A stretch of DNA of 64,000 bases from Gordius albopunctatus. Taxonomy: Eukaryota. How positions within the stretch are numbered: position 1 is the first letter of the stretch; every line of letters begins with the position of its first letter. The stretch lies in the NCBI GenBank assembly GCA_964276515.1, contig OZ193909.1, positions 4,154,001 through 4,218,000 on the forward strand, given 5' to 3'. The position numbers were made by a program, and so were the translations under genes. Under the pieces are notes generated by a model. That model was given only the letters and a program-made list of their open reading frames with translations. It searched no databases and was not told where the DNA came from. Positions 38,782 to 51,600 of this stretch are shown here, one piece after another.

Positions 38782-39501
38782 TTATTTATTTTTAAAATTA
38801 TATAACATTTGTAATATATAGGTTTTAAAGCTCATCCTATCAAATTCACTTAAACTTTTAAAATCAGGTAATATGGAGAGTAAAAATAATTTATCTGGAT
38901 CATAATCTTCAATCCTTGATTTAGGTTCTTCAATTTCAACATTTGAATGGCTGTGTTCATTATTAACACTTTCCTCAATTTTATCACCATTTTCTTGGGT
39001 TTCATTCTCAATTTCATGATATAAATCTAATGATTCTTCAGCTCCATTATATAATTCTGATGTGTTTAACTTCCCATCAAAAGATTTCTCCATGAATAAA
39101 AGAGGTTCCCAATAGTGCCATGTAATGGCCTGATAAACTTTCATTCTGTTTTTCCTCCTAAAAGCATCTTTCAAAGTTTTCCATTTACCTTTGCATTTAA
39201 CCACTAAATTTATATAATTATTAATTTTAATTGATTTATATAATTTTTATAATGTGTAAAACGAGAAATTTAAAAGTTAATCTTACGCGGTAGATTGCAT
39301 TCTGCGGCTACAGCATTCCAAGCTTTTTTTACTTCCAGCTTGTTTACACAATGAGCAGCTTTATCATCCCAGATGACTTTGTGAGCTTGAACAGCTTTGA
39401 TCAATCGCAGAGTTTGGTCTCGACTAAATTTAAAGTTTTTTATATATATTAATAAAAACTTTAAATAAGTTTAATTATAATTACTCTAAATGTTCCACCA
39501 T
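38782..39501 (-). CDS. MADF-BESS domain protein, ~191 aa, 3 exons
   Basis: Exons 39501-39485, 39423-39287 and 39203-38782 join in frame. MADF: LIKAVQAHKVIWD...AWNAVA..CKGKWKTLKDAFRR..WHYWEPLLFM. BESS: DPDKLFLLSILPDFKSLSEFDRMSFKTYILQML. Confidence 0.85.
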
Positions 39502-41488
39502 ATATTGTAGCTTGTAGCGTTATTGAAGGCAAATGGAGCGAAACGCCTGCGCTTTGAGCTTACATAGCGCGCATTGACACACGAGCGTTTGAGCGGTGAC
39601 AAAACAAACATCTTGCACAATAAAATCAATAAAGCCTTCTAGGTTTTTTAGTGTTGCCCGGTTGAATAAATAAATTTTAATTTTACAATTGTTTGTTAAT
39701 TTTAAGCTAGGAAATATTTTAAGGTAAAATATTTTTAAATTAAATTTTCGTTGGGATTTTGCATCTTAAGCTAAACAGGCAAATTAATATGTAAAAAAAC
39801 TGAACATTAAAATTTAATAAATAATGATAAAATTGTTTTCTTTAAATTTTTTTAGCAGCCCCAAAAGCTTTTCCCGGCAAAAAAATTGTATATGCAAAAA
39901 TTTGTAGTAAAATCTTAAAAGCAACCCTTCTTATAAATTACCAGAACCAGCGTTTTTTAAGTGAAAAAGGAGCGTTTGGAACCCCTTAGACTTGCCGCTA
40001 AATAAAAAATTAATGGCAGATTATTTTATTCTTAAATAATTTATGAGAATTTTAATTTTTATAAAAGATTTCTTAATTTTTAAACGTTATTGTCTACTAC
40101 GTGGTATTTAATTTAATATAACATTTGAATTTTAGAAGATCTTGGTATATTACCGGGTTGATGGAAAAAAGTGACTTTGCAGGGCTCTAGTCCTGACCAA
40201 CTTGTTAATCATTAAGGGAACTACAATTCTGGATTTTTTTTTGTCTCAAAATAAAAATGATATAATGACCCCCATTTGAATTTTATAAGTCTGACCCCGC
40301 CCTGAGGTCAAAATCTTTTAATATTTTTGAGCCTCAACTAGTCGCTTTAGGTTAAAAGTAAGCAAAGCATGACCGTAAACCGAATTTGGTCAAGAGCTAT
40401 TCATTGTGACAACCTTTTAGCCAAGTTTCGGCCCCAAAAATTTGCTGCGCCTTTTCACCCTTGCTTGATTAAATAACAAACTGCTTCTCAACGAAGTGTG
40501 GAAGAACCTAGGGTTGAGATTTAACAAAAATAATAATTATAAACTAAGTATAAAAAAATAAACTAAAGAGTAGACGTTTTGATTCGAAAGTCCTTCGGTT
40601 AAATACATATTTTTTGAAAATTAATATTAAAAATATTGATATATATATTTAAAATAAATTTGCAATATCTATGTTTATTTGAACATTTTAAATAGGAAAC
40701 CATAGGGCAAAGACCGAACGAGGACAATTCTATATCTAACGCCACTTAAACTGAACCATATCTTCTAATGTTTAATCTTATAAAAGTGGTCCAAAATAAG
40801 TGAAAACTGAGGCTAACTTTTTGCTGATTTTATAGTTTTAGATCTTAAGTTCAATTTAGATTTTCTTTGCGTGATAGTAAACTACATCTTGGTTTATGTC
40901 AAATGTTTGTAATAAAAACATTAATATATCGTTATTTTTTTAATTATATTACAATTCATATGAATTGTTAATGAATGATATAGAAACAGGGACAAAATGA
41001 AGCATTTTTAAAGTCCTATAATTTCGTTAAAACTGCCACTTGAAAACTATTTAGTCTGACGGCAAATTTATATTAGGCATACTGTAGAACTACTGCAGTG
41101 CCTTAGCATCTATACCTATTAGATTTGCTGCTTGTCGTTCATAAGTTACCAACCCGCCGCTATATCTCCGTTTTTATGCACATCAGGCCTAAAATCTTTT
41201 AGATATTTTGAAGCGAGTTAGTTTATTTTCATTAGCCTTACTGTCCTAGAAGTTCCATATATCAAATTATCGTCACGAGCTATTAAATCGTTAGTTTCGT
41301 TGATTTGTGTAAAAATGATTAAGAAAATATCCTCATTAGCCGTAAATTGAACACCTTATTTCTTAAATATTATGGTTTCGTTTTTCCCGAAATAGATGGG
41401 GTTGTAAATGAGACTTTTGAATGTTCTCGTTTATAAAATAAATCTTGGGCGTTTAAGAAGAGATTTTTGCGCAATCGCAGCTCCACAT

Positions 41489-42164
41489 TAGAGCCCTGCA
41501 CGTGTGACCCGAAACCCGACACGACCCGTCGGGTTGAAAATTTTAAAATACCTTCAGGTCGGGTTCGGGTTGAAAAATTTTAAACGCTTTCGGGTCGGGT
41601 CGGGTTGAAGGTTATAAATCTTACATTGCATAACAAACATATCTTTCACGTAGATTTTTCCGGTTGGGAGGAATGTGCAGATGAAAATGTTCAAGAAAAA
41701 GATGAACTTGAGGAATATATTCATCATAAACTTGCAAAAAAGGATTAAACATAAGATACATTAGAATGGTGGAGAATATATTCTTATAAATATCCTGTTT
41801 TAGGGTTATTGGCTCGTAAATTTCTGGCCATACCTGCCTCTTCTACGTCCAGTGAGAGATCTTTTTCTACAGCTGGACGAATTTTAGAAGATAGGAGGTC
41901 GAGTTTACGGCCTGAGATTGTAGACGCTATTATATTTATACATAATTATAATAATTCTCTCAAATAAATTTATTATTCAAATTCGTGGCGTCAAATTGTT
42001 TCTTAATGCTGCCAATTTATTTTGTCAAATTATTTAAAATATTTAAAACCCTTTCGTGTCTGGTCGTTTTTGGGTTGAAAAATTTTGAACTCTTTCGGGT
42101 TCGGGTTGAAAAATTAAAAACGCTTTTGGGTTCGGGTTGAAAAAAGTGACTTTTCAGGGCTCTA
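41489..42164 (+). mobile_element. Internally deleted hAT transposon retaining dimerisation-domain coding sequence
   Basis: TIR TAGAGCCCTG/CAGGGCTCTA and 8-bp TSD CTCCACAT. 41700-41960 encodes LEWWRIYSYKYPVLGLLARKFLAIPASSTSSERSFSTAGRILEDRRSSL. A solo right end lies at ~40170-40189. Confidence 0.9.
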
Positions 42165-42866
42165 CTCCACATGTCCTTGAGGCACTCAATGTTTTATTTC
42201 TGGAAACTGGAAAAAATCATAACCATGAAATCACCCTGCTGGTACTTAACTCTCTCGCATCCCGTTTCTTTCACAAAGCCTTTGTGTCTTGTCCTATCTT
42301 CTGACAGGTTAGGCTATTTATCTGCGTTATATTGAAAATTTGGAAAAGTTTATATAACTATTGCATAGCGAATTAAACAACTGCTTCTTAGGAAGTATCA
42401 AAGAGACTGGGTTAGAATAATCGACGGATCCGGGCGCGAAGCTCATGGAAAGAGACTGAGTTTAAGATATAAATTTATAAAAGTCAGGTTTATACAAGCC
42501 TTACAATATTTATAATTAAACTTTATTTTTGAAATGCATTTTATTTATTACACCTCAAACTCTCATTGAAATAACAGGAAGGCTACTTTATTATGTGATT
42601 TTAAGTCAAATACTAGCAAATAATATAAAATACAAGCATATTTTACAAAATTTTATTTTGTCATAAATAAAAGTGAATGAAAGAGACATGATCTAAAAGT
42701 AATTTAAAAAGTGTACATATTAAATTTATGATCTCACAAATCATATAAACGCTAAAATATATTCCAGCAGGCCCGAGCCCAGCCCGTTGATATGCTTAAG
42801 TTTAAAACCTGTCCAATACCAGTAGAACCATTAATTGAAGGTCTAAACTTAATCGGGTTTGGGTTT

Positions 42867-44390
42867 AGTCATGCGGAAACTCCAAGAAAAATCTTGGTTT
42901 CGTCTCGGTTTTTCGAGGAATTTGAAAAACTGAGTCGAGATCAAGATGAAAATTTTGATGTCGATAGATTTTTTTGGCGAGATCTTGGTTTAATTTTCTT
43001 CGTCAAACATCAAATATAGCAAATTTAGTTGCGTATCTTTGTTGTATGGTTCTGATTTAAGGTATCAAATGTAAATTAATACAACTGGAATATATTTGTT
43101 ATTAACAAATTTACACACCCAAATGTCGTAAATATTAAAATATTTTTGCGCAAAATTTAAATTTTGATACTTTTAGTCCATTTACCTGAGTAGGACTCAT
43201 AGCGTATGTGTTTAATTTAATAATATAGTTATGACATATTAATAACACTTTTGTAAATTTTAGGTATAGAATCAGTTATACTGAGTAGTAAATATAACTA
43301 AAACATTTTTAAATTCTCAACAAATTCCCCACCCAACTTGATGTGATGATATTATTGGTGAGTAATTAATTTGAATAATATTCCAAGTTAAGCTAGGACG
43401 GCTCAAGATTTTTTGAGCACCAGCGACATCTCTGCCAGCCGAACGATTGTTTTCAAAAGTATATTTAGAGTATTCGATGTCACCCAAATAGATTGAATCA
43501 TGAGTTTTCTAGAAGTTTAATGCTTAAACTCATTGTCCACCTCCTAATTTTTCAAACCTTAAAAGACATTGTTAGATTTCGATCTACTACATTATAAACT
43601 AGAATCGGCAGGTGCAATAGAACTTATTGCATCCATTACTATTTAATTGATTGCTCGCAGCATATTACTTATGTCTACATTGAAAATTAATTGACTCATT
43701 TACATTACCTTACTACTTCGCGACTTTAATTGACCAATCACATATAGCTCGCGGATTCAACACTTAATGTTAATTGTTTTAATGTATTTCAATTAATTCG
43801 CGATTATATAAAGACGTGTAAAATACTTCTTTTCTTACTTACGAACTCTTTTCTTTTCCCTCACTTGATATATATACCCCCAATAAAGAGTACCCCCACC
43901 CAATAAACTCACTCAATTTTATGAAAACGAGGCAATTGTGCAATACATTTAGGTACATATATGAACTTAAGCTGTGGCAAAATTGGTTGGATTGGAAAGT
44001 AATTTGAAATGGAAGTTGCGAACTCAAACTATATTATCAGTTTAATTATATACGTGCATTTAATGAAAATTCAAAGCCTTTGTTCAGCTTCCAACAATAA
44101 TGTTACTTTTATTGTTCTTACAAGGTTCGAAGCTTGTTTTTATAAATTGATATCTATCTTTATATTGTCAATGCCATGTCGCACGAAATCTTTATCAAGT
44201 TAGTGTCTTGAAGTTCTTTGTATTATAAAACAGTTTGCCCTTTTTAGAATTTATCCCTTCTTTAATAATTTTGATAAACCACATACAATTTTTTACGAAG
44301 TCGAGAATCTCGTCAAGACTGAAACGAGATTCTCATTATCGCACTAGAGACGAGATTTTGTTTTCGAGACCGAGGCGAAATCGATGCACT
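42867..44390. mobile_element. Degenerate hAT-like element
   Basis: TAGT.. ends with clustered CGAGA/TCTCG subterminal repeats at both ends; weak dimerisation-domain remnant on the minus strand at ~43390-43550. Confidence 0.45.
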
Positions 44391-44639
44391 ATTTTGGTTA
44401 AGCGGAGTGTTGCTTACTGTATCACAAACTCAGCAGAACTTTAAAACATATATTATGTTGTAATAGGTGTAAAGGCCAATAAAGCTGAATTTGGTTTTAT
44501 ATGTAGTGATTTGAGGATTTTAGTCCATTTAAATATAGCCCCTTGCTATAAAAGAGCAATTGTTTTTTTAAACAAATTAACATTGCAGTTTGCTAATCTT
44601 TAGGAATATTTGATCTTGTTATGCAGCTTTAAACACTTC

Positions 44640-44850
44640 GTCTTCTTATCTATCAAGTATTTGGTCCCACAGTCATGTGGTTTGTTTTGATGAGTTTCTT
44701 CCATCTTGATCGGGTAAGTTCCATGTCTTGAATAGTTTTCTTAGTTTTCATAACTTTGTCAACATTCCCTTTCCACGTGACACGGGGACGTCCTCTCCCT
44801 TTCTTCCCCGGTACTCGATGTCCAGTACTTTTCGATTTAGACATGCCCAT
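44640..44850 (-). mobile_element. RTE 3' fragment
   Basis: PGKKGRGRPRVTWK...RSRWKKLIK and a GAAG tail. Confidence 0.85.
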
Positions 44851-45167
44851 ACCTCCTTAGTTGATTCTGGGTAGTGCTAGATTTAGACACTTAGATATAG
44901 CAATTTGAAAAATAGTATTTAATAACCCAATTTTCTAAATATTTAATATTTTTTAACGTTTAATCGTAAGTTATAGACTTAAAATCGTGTGTATCTCATC
45001 TTGTTCAACAACGTCAGAAAATATTTGCCTGCATGTAATTTTTTAGGCTACTTTGTTAAAAAAATTTGCTTTTAACAAATAAGAAAATATTCTATTACTA
45101 CGTATTAGTAAAAAATAACAATAAAACTATTCTTGACACTTGATCCGGACGGTAAAGCTTCATCTAA

Positions 45168-45447
45168 GGGCTTGTCTTAATATCGGATTCAGATTCAAAT
45201 GGCGCGAATTCATCTTTATCAAATATACGATTCAATTTCATGTGTCAGACTCGGTTTTAATTTTTAATATTTTGTTTTTTGATAGTTAAATCCCTTTTTT
45301 TATTTCTTTCAACTCTTGAGATTAGTGGCTCTTATATTATGCGTCCGAAATGAAAATCTGCTGTGAATTCCAAGTTTAGACACGGCTATGTTATAACCCG
45401 TATGACGATTTTTGCTGCGCAGCAAAATCCGATATTAAGACAAGCCC
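45168..45447. mobile_element. PIF/Harbinger MITE
   Basis: TIR GGGCTTGTCTTAATATCGGATT, TAA TSD on both sides. Confidence 0.9.
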
Positions 45448-45523
45448 TAAGAAGTGTATTTTAGCCTCGCGATGGGCGAACCCCTAAGAAAAGACACGAC
45501 ATAAACAAGTTTATTCTCAAATA

Positions 45524-47806
45524 TTATTTTTGGTGGTCATTATACATTTGTCGCAGCCATGTCATGAAGGGTAATACATTATATTTATTGTGGGAGGATA
45601 TAGGAAACACGGAGATATCGGGATATATTTGGCGAAATAATTCCAAGTTGACACCGGCATTTGGCTCGACATCAAACTTAGTGCCCACCACGACGTATTC
45701 ATAATTCCTCTCGTCGCGGTTATGCGACGCTATTTCTTCGGGAGATGGGGTCGTTGGAGTGGCTAAATAACCCAAATGACGGTCTGGACTTTTGGTGTAA
45801 AAATTGGCTTTATCCTCGAAGTAAAGATCTAACTCGCGTGTAAGCGTGGCAAATTGGAGGTCTGGGGATAGCCCAACCGAGGCCGTATTGTAGTCATAAC
45901 CTTCACCCTCATTAACGAGCGTTTTTTCGAAACTCTCAAGGGAAGAAGCGCTGTTGTGGGGTGGGGTAGAAAAGTCTATGACAAAAATTATTTTCAAACA
46001 GCGTTGAGCGTGCCTGAGAAAGCGATAGCCTAAGCCATTATTGGCGTGCGAGCCTTGTATGAGACCGGGCAGGTCGGCCATAGCCAATTGAAGTCCGTCC
46101 GAATATTGCAACATGCCAACGTTAGGTCTTAGAGTGGTGAATGGGTAGGGGGCCACTTTGGGATTAGCGCGGGTTATGGTCCTCAATAGAGTAGATTTAC
46201 CGGCGTTGGGAAAACCGACCTAAGGTGTTCAAGCAAAAAAGGTGTCATTGACATTATTCAATAAAGGTAATTCAATTTCAAATCAGGCGGAATTATATGC
46301 TAAATCTTATTATTATAAGGCAAAGATTTTTTTAATAGCGTGTTAGGTTTTTAAATTGATTCTAACCTTTATAATCAAATGCTGCTAAGTTTGACAGTTG
46401 AATTTTAGTTTGCTGCAAAATTATTTAATCATCATAGATTTAACAAGTAATCATTTGAAGCTGATTTCTTTAAACAATTTTTTGGTAAATAGAATAAACA
46501 AAATTTTTAACATCATTTTATCACTAATATTATAGGAATGCTTTATCTGCAATAACTTTCATTTTAATAATTTAAAGAATCCCTATATGTAAGTTGATAT
46601 CCTTTCAAAATTCATAATATTATAAATGTACCAGTCCAAAATGTGCTATGGTTCTCATTTCAACAAGGTAATTATTTATCTCTCCTTTTGCACCTTTTTC
46701 ATAAACAAGGGGAGACTGATTGACTGAATCAACAAAAAAACTGTTTCCTTTTCCACCAGAGCCACCCCTTGACACTATAAACATATCATCATTATTATCT
46801 AATTCAGCAACAATTTTTGAGGTCTCATCAAAATGATCCGGACTTTTATTCATTGTTTCTTTGTTCATAATATCTTGATTGTTTTGCACAAATAATGTTC
46901 CTAACGGAACCTATCAAAATTAGGTTAAGATTAAAATTTATTTTACTTCAATAACCAAATCTTCTCCATTTTTTCCATCACAGTTATTATTACCACCATT
47001 TTGGCCATGCTCAGCCTGATAGTTTGAAAGGAGATGACTTAATGATTTTGTGTTATGAGAGGCTTTTTAAATTTAACAATTATTATAGCAAATGTCCAAA
47101 AAATAAGAGTGTAACGTTATATATGTGTCAGATAATTATATTGTAATTTTTTATATATAATTAATTTTGATGATAGCAACTTCTATCCCCCTATCTTAGC
47201 TCTTTAGTGTTTATTAACACACAGGGTTTGCAAAGCCAAAGCAATGTTTTTAATGCCTAAGTTAATGTCAGTGACTCATCTTTTAAATTGTTAATTTAAA
47301 TTTTGTTGCAATGTTTAAGCTTAAGATAAATTTGCCAATTGATAAAGTTTAAATTAATTATTACCTTATCCATTGAGTCAAATAAAATATATAAAGTCAT
47401 AAAATTTAAAAATAAATTATAGAATTAAATTTCAACTCAGTTATAGGCTAATTAAAAAGGTTCAATATAATCAAAATGTTAAGATACCTTTAAAAATTAT
47501 ATGGCCGCCGTTTCCGCCATTACCACCTCCTGTACCCCCTTTGCTATTTCCATATAAGTGTAAAAAAGTACATCCACCATTCCCACCATTACCTCCAGAT
47601 GTTCTAAGAATTTTGTAATCAATATAGGGTGTTTTCTACAAATACTATCTAAGCACTATCAAAAAAATATATATTACTTTAATACTTTTTGATCGTGGTT
47701 TAGAGGATATTACTGGCTCGCAAGCTGACAAATTCATCATGCGCTTGGTGTATCTGATTTTAAATATAGTCAAACACAAAATTTGAACACCGCTGATTGA
47801 AGTCAT
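45524..47806 (-). CDS. MTG2: Mitochondrial ribosome-associated GTPase 2 (Obg family, GTPBP5), ~455 aa, 5 exons
   Basis: Exons 47806-47678, 47635-47488, 47062-46947, 46910-46632 and 46219-45524 are in frame. Gly-rich Obg fold (GGNGGNGG, VPLGT, GGSGGKGN), G1 GFPNAGKS, YPFTTLRP, DLPGLI, TKFD. Confidence 0.9.
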
Positions 47807-48693
47807 TATTAGTCATATTAGTACGAGCACATTATTGTTCCAAATAAAGTTCAATCTCTACGATGTCACGTAAAAAACTTAGATGGATATACACATTTAG
47901 ATTTCAGTTAAAATATTTTTTTCGTTTCTTACAACTTTCATCGTATAAAGTGTACACCCATTCTGATATCACCCAACTAACTACAAATTGTACTAAATTA
48001 TTATTTTTTGAGTAGCTTAAATTTAACAATAAAATATATATTCAAAATAATTAATAAAAAAATTTGCAAGTGCTAAATGATAAAATATTTAACTTATTTT
48101 AATAAACTTTAACTATTCAAAATCTTTTTTAAAACAAATTTTGAACAATAAACTGATGTTATACTTCTTTTAAAAAGTTTTTAAAACATATTATACATAG
48201 GCGTATCTAAAAGATACATTATAATTTTATAAATCTGAGTCTGAAAATGCTCATATTTAGGCGTTGGTGTCTAAAAAGCTATAAAATGCATATTTTTATT
48301 CATTCATGACCCATCAATTAAAGATAATTCTGTCGACATCTTTCTTGCAATGCTTCATCTCTAAGCGTCTTATAAAAATAATTATACGACTTTGGTGGAA
48401 GTCAAAAATTTATCGAAAGAAGATATGCGCAGCATACCCCATACAAAAAATTGTCAATCTGATTGTGAAATTTCAAATAATAAAGTTTTATGTAATATTT
48501 AGATTGGTTCTATTCTCTACAAGATAAATATTTACCAATAATCTCTAAGATTATAAGTATTTTCACACGATTAATATAGCTTTTCAAATGGATTTTACAT
48601 TCATTAGTATTATATGACTCAAATCGTCATTTGTAGGCGAGTATTATTTTACTTTTTCCATATGGTATATTTTCGATTTTTTTAAAAGTAGAG
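47807..48693. promoter_or_regulatory. Probable bidirectional promoter/5' UTR region between MTG2 and SNX13
   Basis: Divergent start codons 887 bp apart with no recognisable TE between them. Confidence 0.5.
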
Positions 48694-51600
48694 ATGGGAA
48701 CGCATTATTGGTTATTTCTAGGTTTTTTATTGCCAATCTTGCATTTTGGAATATCAAGATGCTTTATACTAATTATTTATATTGTTTTATTTTTATTTGG
48801 GTAAAAATTATTAGTTATATTTTGTTATCAACCATTGTTTAGGATCTTAATTTATACTGTTAACTTTTTAAATAAATATAAAATGGATCACATTAGGACA
48901 AGATTCATAAAAGGCTCCCTTGTATGCTCTTCAAGATGCTTACATAGATTAAAACCTTACTATCATTCTTGCAATGCAAGACCTATAAAAAATGATAATA
49001 TTATTAAACATGACAACCCACTTATATATGACCAAACTAACAATGTAATATCCAGTAAATCCAATGGACGCATCCACACTTATAGTCTGGATAATGATGA
49101 TGAATATTATATGGTTAAATAATTTTTATTTTTTATATATAATAATAGGAAGAAGATATATCCAAATTAAACTGCTCAAAAAGTATATCAGGGTATCCCA
49201 TTATTGATGATCTATTGAACCAGGTAGGTACTTTAATATTTTGTAATCAAATTTTTTTCCCTGCCTTATATTTATTTCTTGCATTATTATTTTATTTTTT
49301 AAAATAGAATATTTTTTCTTAATATAAGATTGTAGACTATATATTTCGTGATTATGTGGAACATTGGTATTATGTCATTTCAAACAATGAAGCTTTTATC
49401 TCAAATCTCAAAAGATGTTTTCGATTTGCTTTGGCTAAGCTATGTCAACAGTAAGAAATTATTGGGATCAATGTAACATTTTAACAATGTATCTGCACTA
49501 ACCCTTGAATTTTTTTTAAATTATGATTTAATTTAAAGAAGAAGGGCTGGGGGGTAAAAACCATAATTTCCATAAAAATAATTTGAATTTGGGTATGCCA
49601 TGACTAGCTACTGTAATTTTTGATTTGGTTTGAGAAAGTTTCAGAAATTCTGCGCATAACCCGATCTAAAAACTCTGTAAATTTCAATACAAAATTGACC
49701 TGCTTGGACCATATCCTTGCTGAATGTAAAATTGAGCACAAGATCCCCCTCCTGAATAATTAATTATGTCTTAGTTCAAGTTCAACAATTTATTGAATGC
49801 ATCAGCCTTATTAATATAAAGCTTATGTTTTTTAACATTTGTAATCAATGATATAATAAGATCACAATTCAAACTCGACCCAAATTTGATAAATTTGTAA
49901 TGAGCAATTATGATTGTCTTGTGCAGGATTTTGTGAAGATTTTCTCAGTTGGCTAAATCAGTGGGAAAATTTGCCAAGCCATTGAAGCAAACCATCTTTT
50001 AATTACTAGATTTTGCCGACGATTTGCCAAGTCCAGTCATAAAATATTTCACGTCAAATTAATTTGCAATAGTCATTGAGGCATAAATAGTTAACACTAC
50101 AGTTAATGTTTGGAAGCTCATCATTTTGCTCCTCCGAATCAAATTTTTGCCTCCCACCCTTCTTATCATGCTATTTTTACACGAAACTTTTACAGCGCCT
50201 AAGTGTAGTGTTGCAAAGGCTGGGTTCTATTTGGTCACCCGTTGGTTTTAGTCAACTAAACATAAACAGGCCAAAAGTTTGACCATAAATCAGTTGTTAG
50301 CGACTAAAGAGTGTTGTGTTGATTTTTTAGGACCGTTTATTAAATGAAATTACGCTTTTAAAGTTGGGGGAAAAGTTTTAGACGCCTTCCAAAGAGTTTA
50401 CAAACTTATATACTCAGGCAGGTGGACGACGTGTTAATGAGTGTTTATTGATTTTTTTGTTGTCGCGTAATTTATCTTTACCCCTCCTGCTTACTTACCT
50501 GCCAAGAGTAGGAAAGTTTTAAAAATCATAGCCAAACTTTTTATGCCAGTCTTAATTCTGAATTACGACCGTTTTCTGTTAATTTTGATATATCGACGCA
50601 GGGTCTAGTTGATGTGCAGCACAGAGACCAGAAATGCCCGGCCCGAACATGCCCGCCCGGCTCACGGGCCGGTCCGGGCCGGGCAACTGTCGTAAATTTT
50701 AACTTTGGGGCGGGCATCATAACAAGATTCGGGTGACCCCGGCTTAATGTTGTTTTTAAAATAATGTATCATATTGTTTTTGTGTATAATTTGTTCCTTT
50801 TAAATTTGATTTTATAATGTTTGTTAATCCTTGTTTTTATCTAAATTATTTCAAATATTAAGATAAAATCTTTTAAAAATATAACGATATTCGGGCATCT
50901 TTTAGAAATCGGGCCTGGCGGGGTGGACACATAGAGGGGTTCGGACCGGCAGATCAATTAAAAAATAGACCGGGCCGGGTTCGGGCAGAAAAATTCTAAT
51001 ACCCCCGGTGCAGCACTCGATACCTAAAGTAGTGTTATAAAAACGGCTTGGTTTTGTTTGGTAAACCTTTGGTTAGTCTACTAAGCATAAACAGACCAAG
51101 GATTTTTTGGTCTATTTTTCTTAGTCGACCACTAGTCAAAGTCGAAATTTGAAAAGCAGACCAGAGATCGACCGTACGTCTTAGTTAAACCAGAGGTTGA
51201 CCAATCAAAACCCAGCCATTTTTACAACACGAATTATAGATTCCGCTTTTTAGGGCTTACTAGTATAGCGCAAAATTTTTAAGGATCACATTTTTTGAAT
51301 TAATCACAATGTATAAGGGAAAAAGAATTATTATTTTATCAAAATTACGGTTAAATATCTATTTTTTAATAAAGAACGTGGGAGGAATACGGCGGGTTAT
51401 TTTATAGATTTGATAAAGTTCATTTCTCACAGTTTAACTATTTTCTTTGTAATCAATTGATATTTTAGGCTTAAAAATGTTGATATGACTTCTTACATGA
51501 CGAAAGATTTGGTCGAAGAATTCGTGAATCATCTCAAAATTTACAAAGCGACCGTGAATCGAGAGAAACGGTTGAGAGATAGGCTGAGCAGGTAATTTTT

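Noticed and set aside
40585..40725. GAAAGTCCTTCGG resembling RNase MRP CR-I
   Set aside because: No convincing CR-V/P4 partner; better explained as a degenerate inverted repeat.
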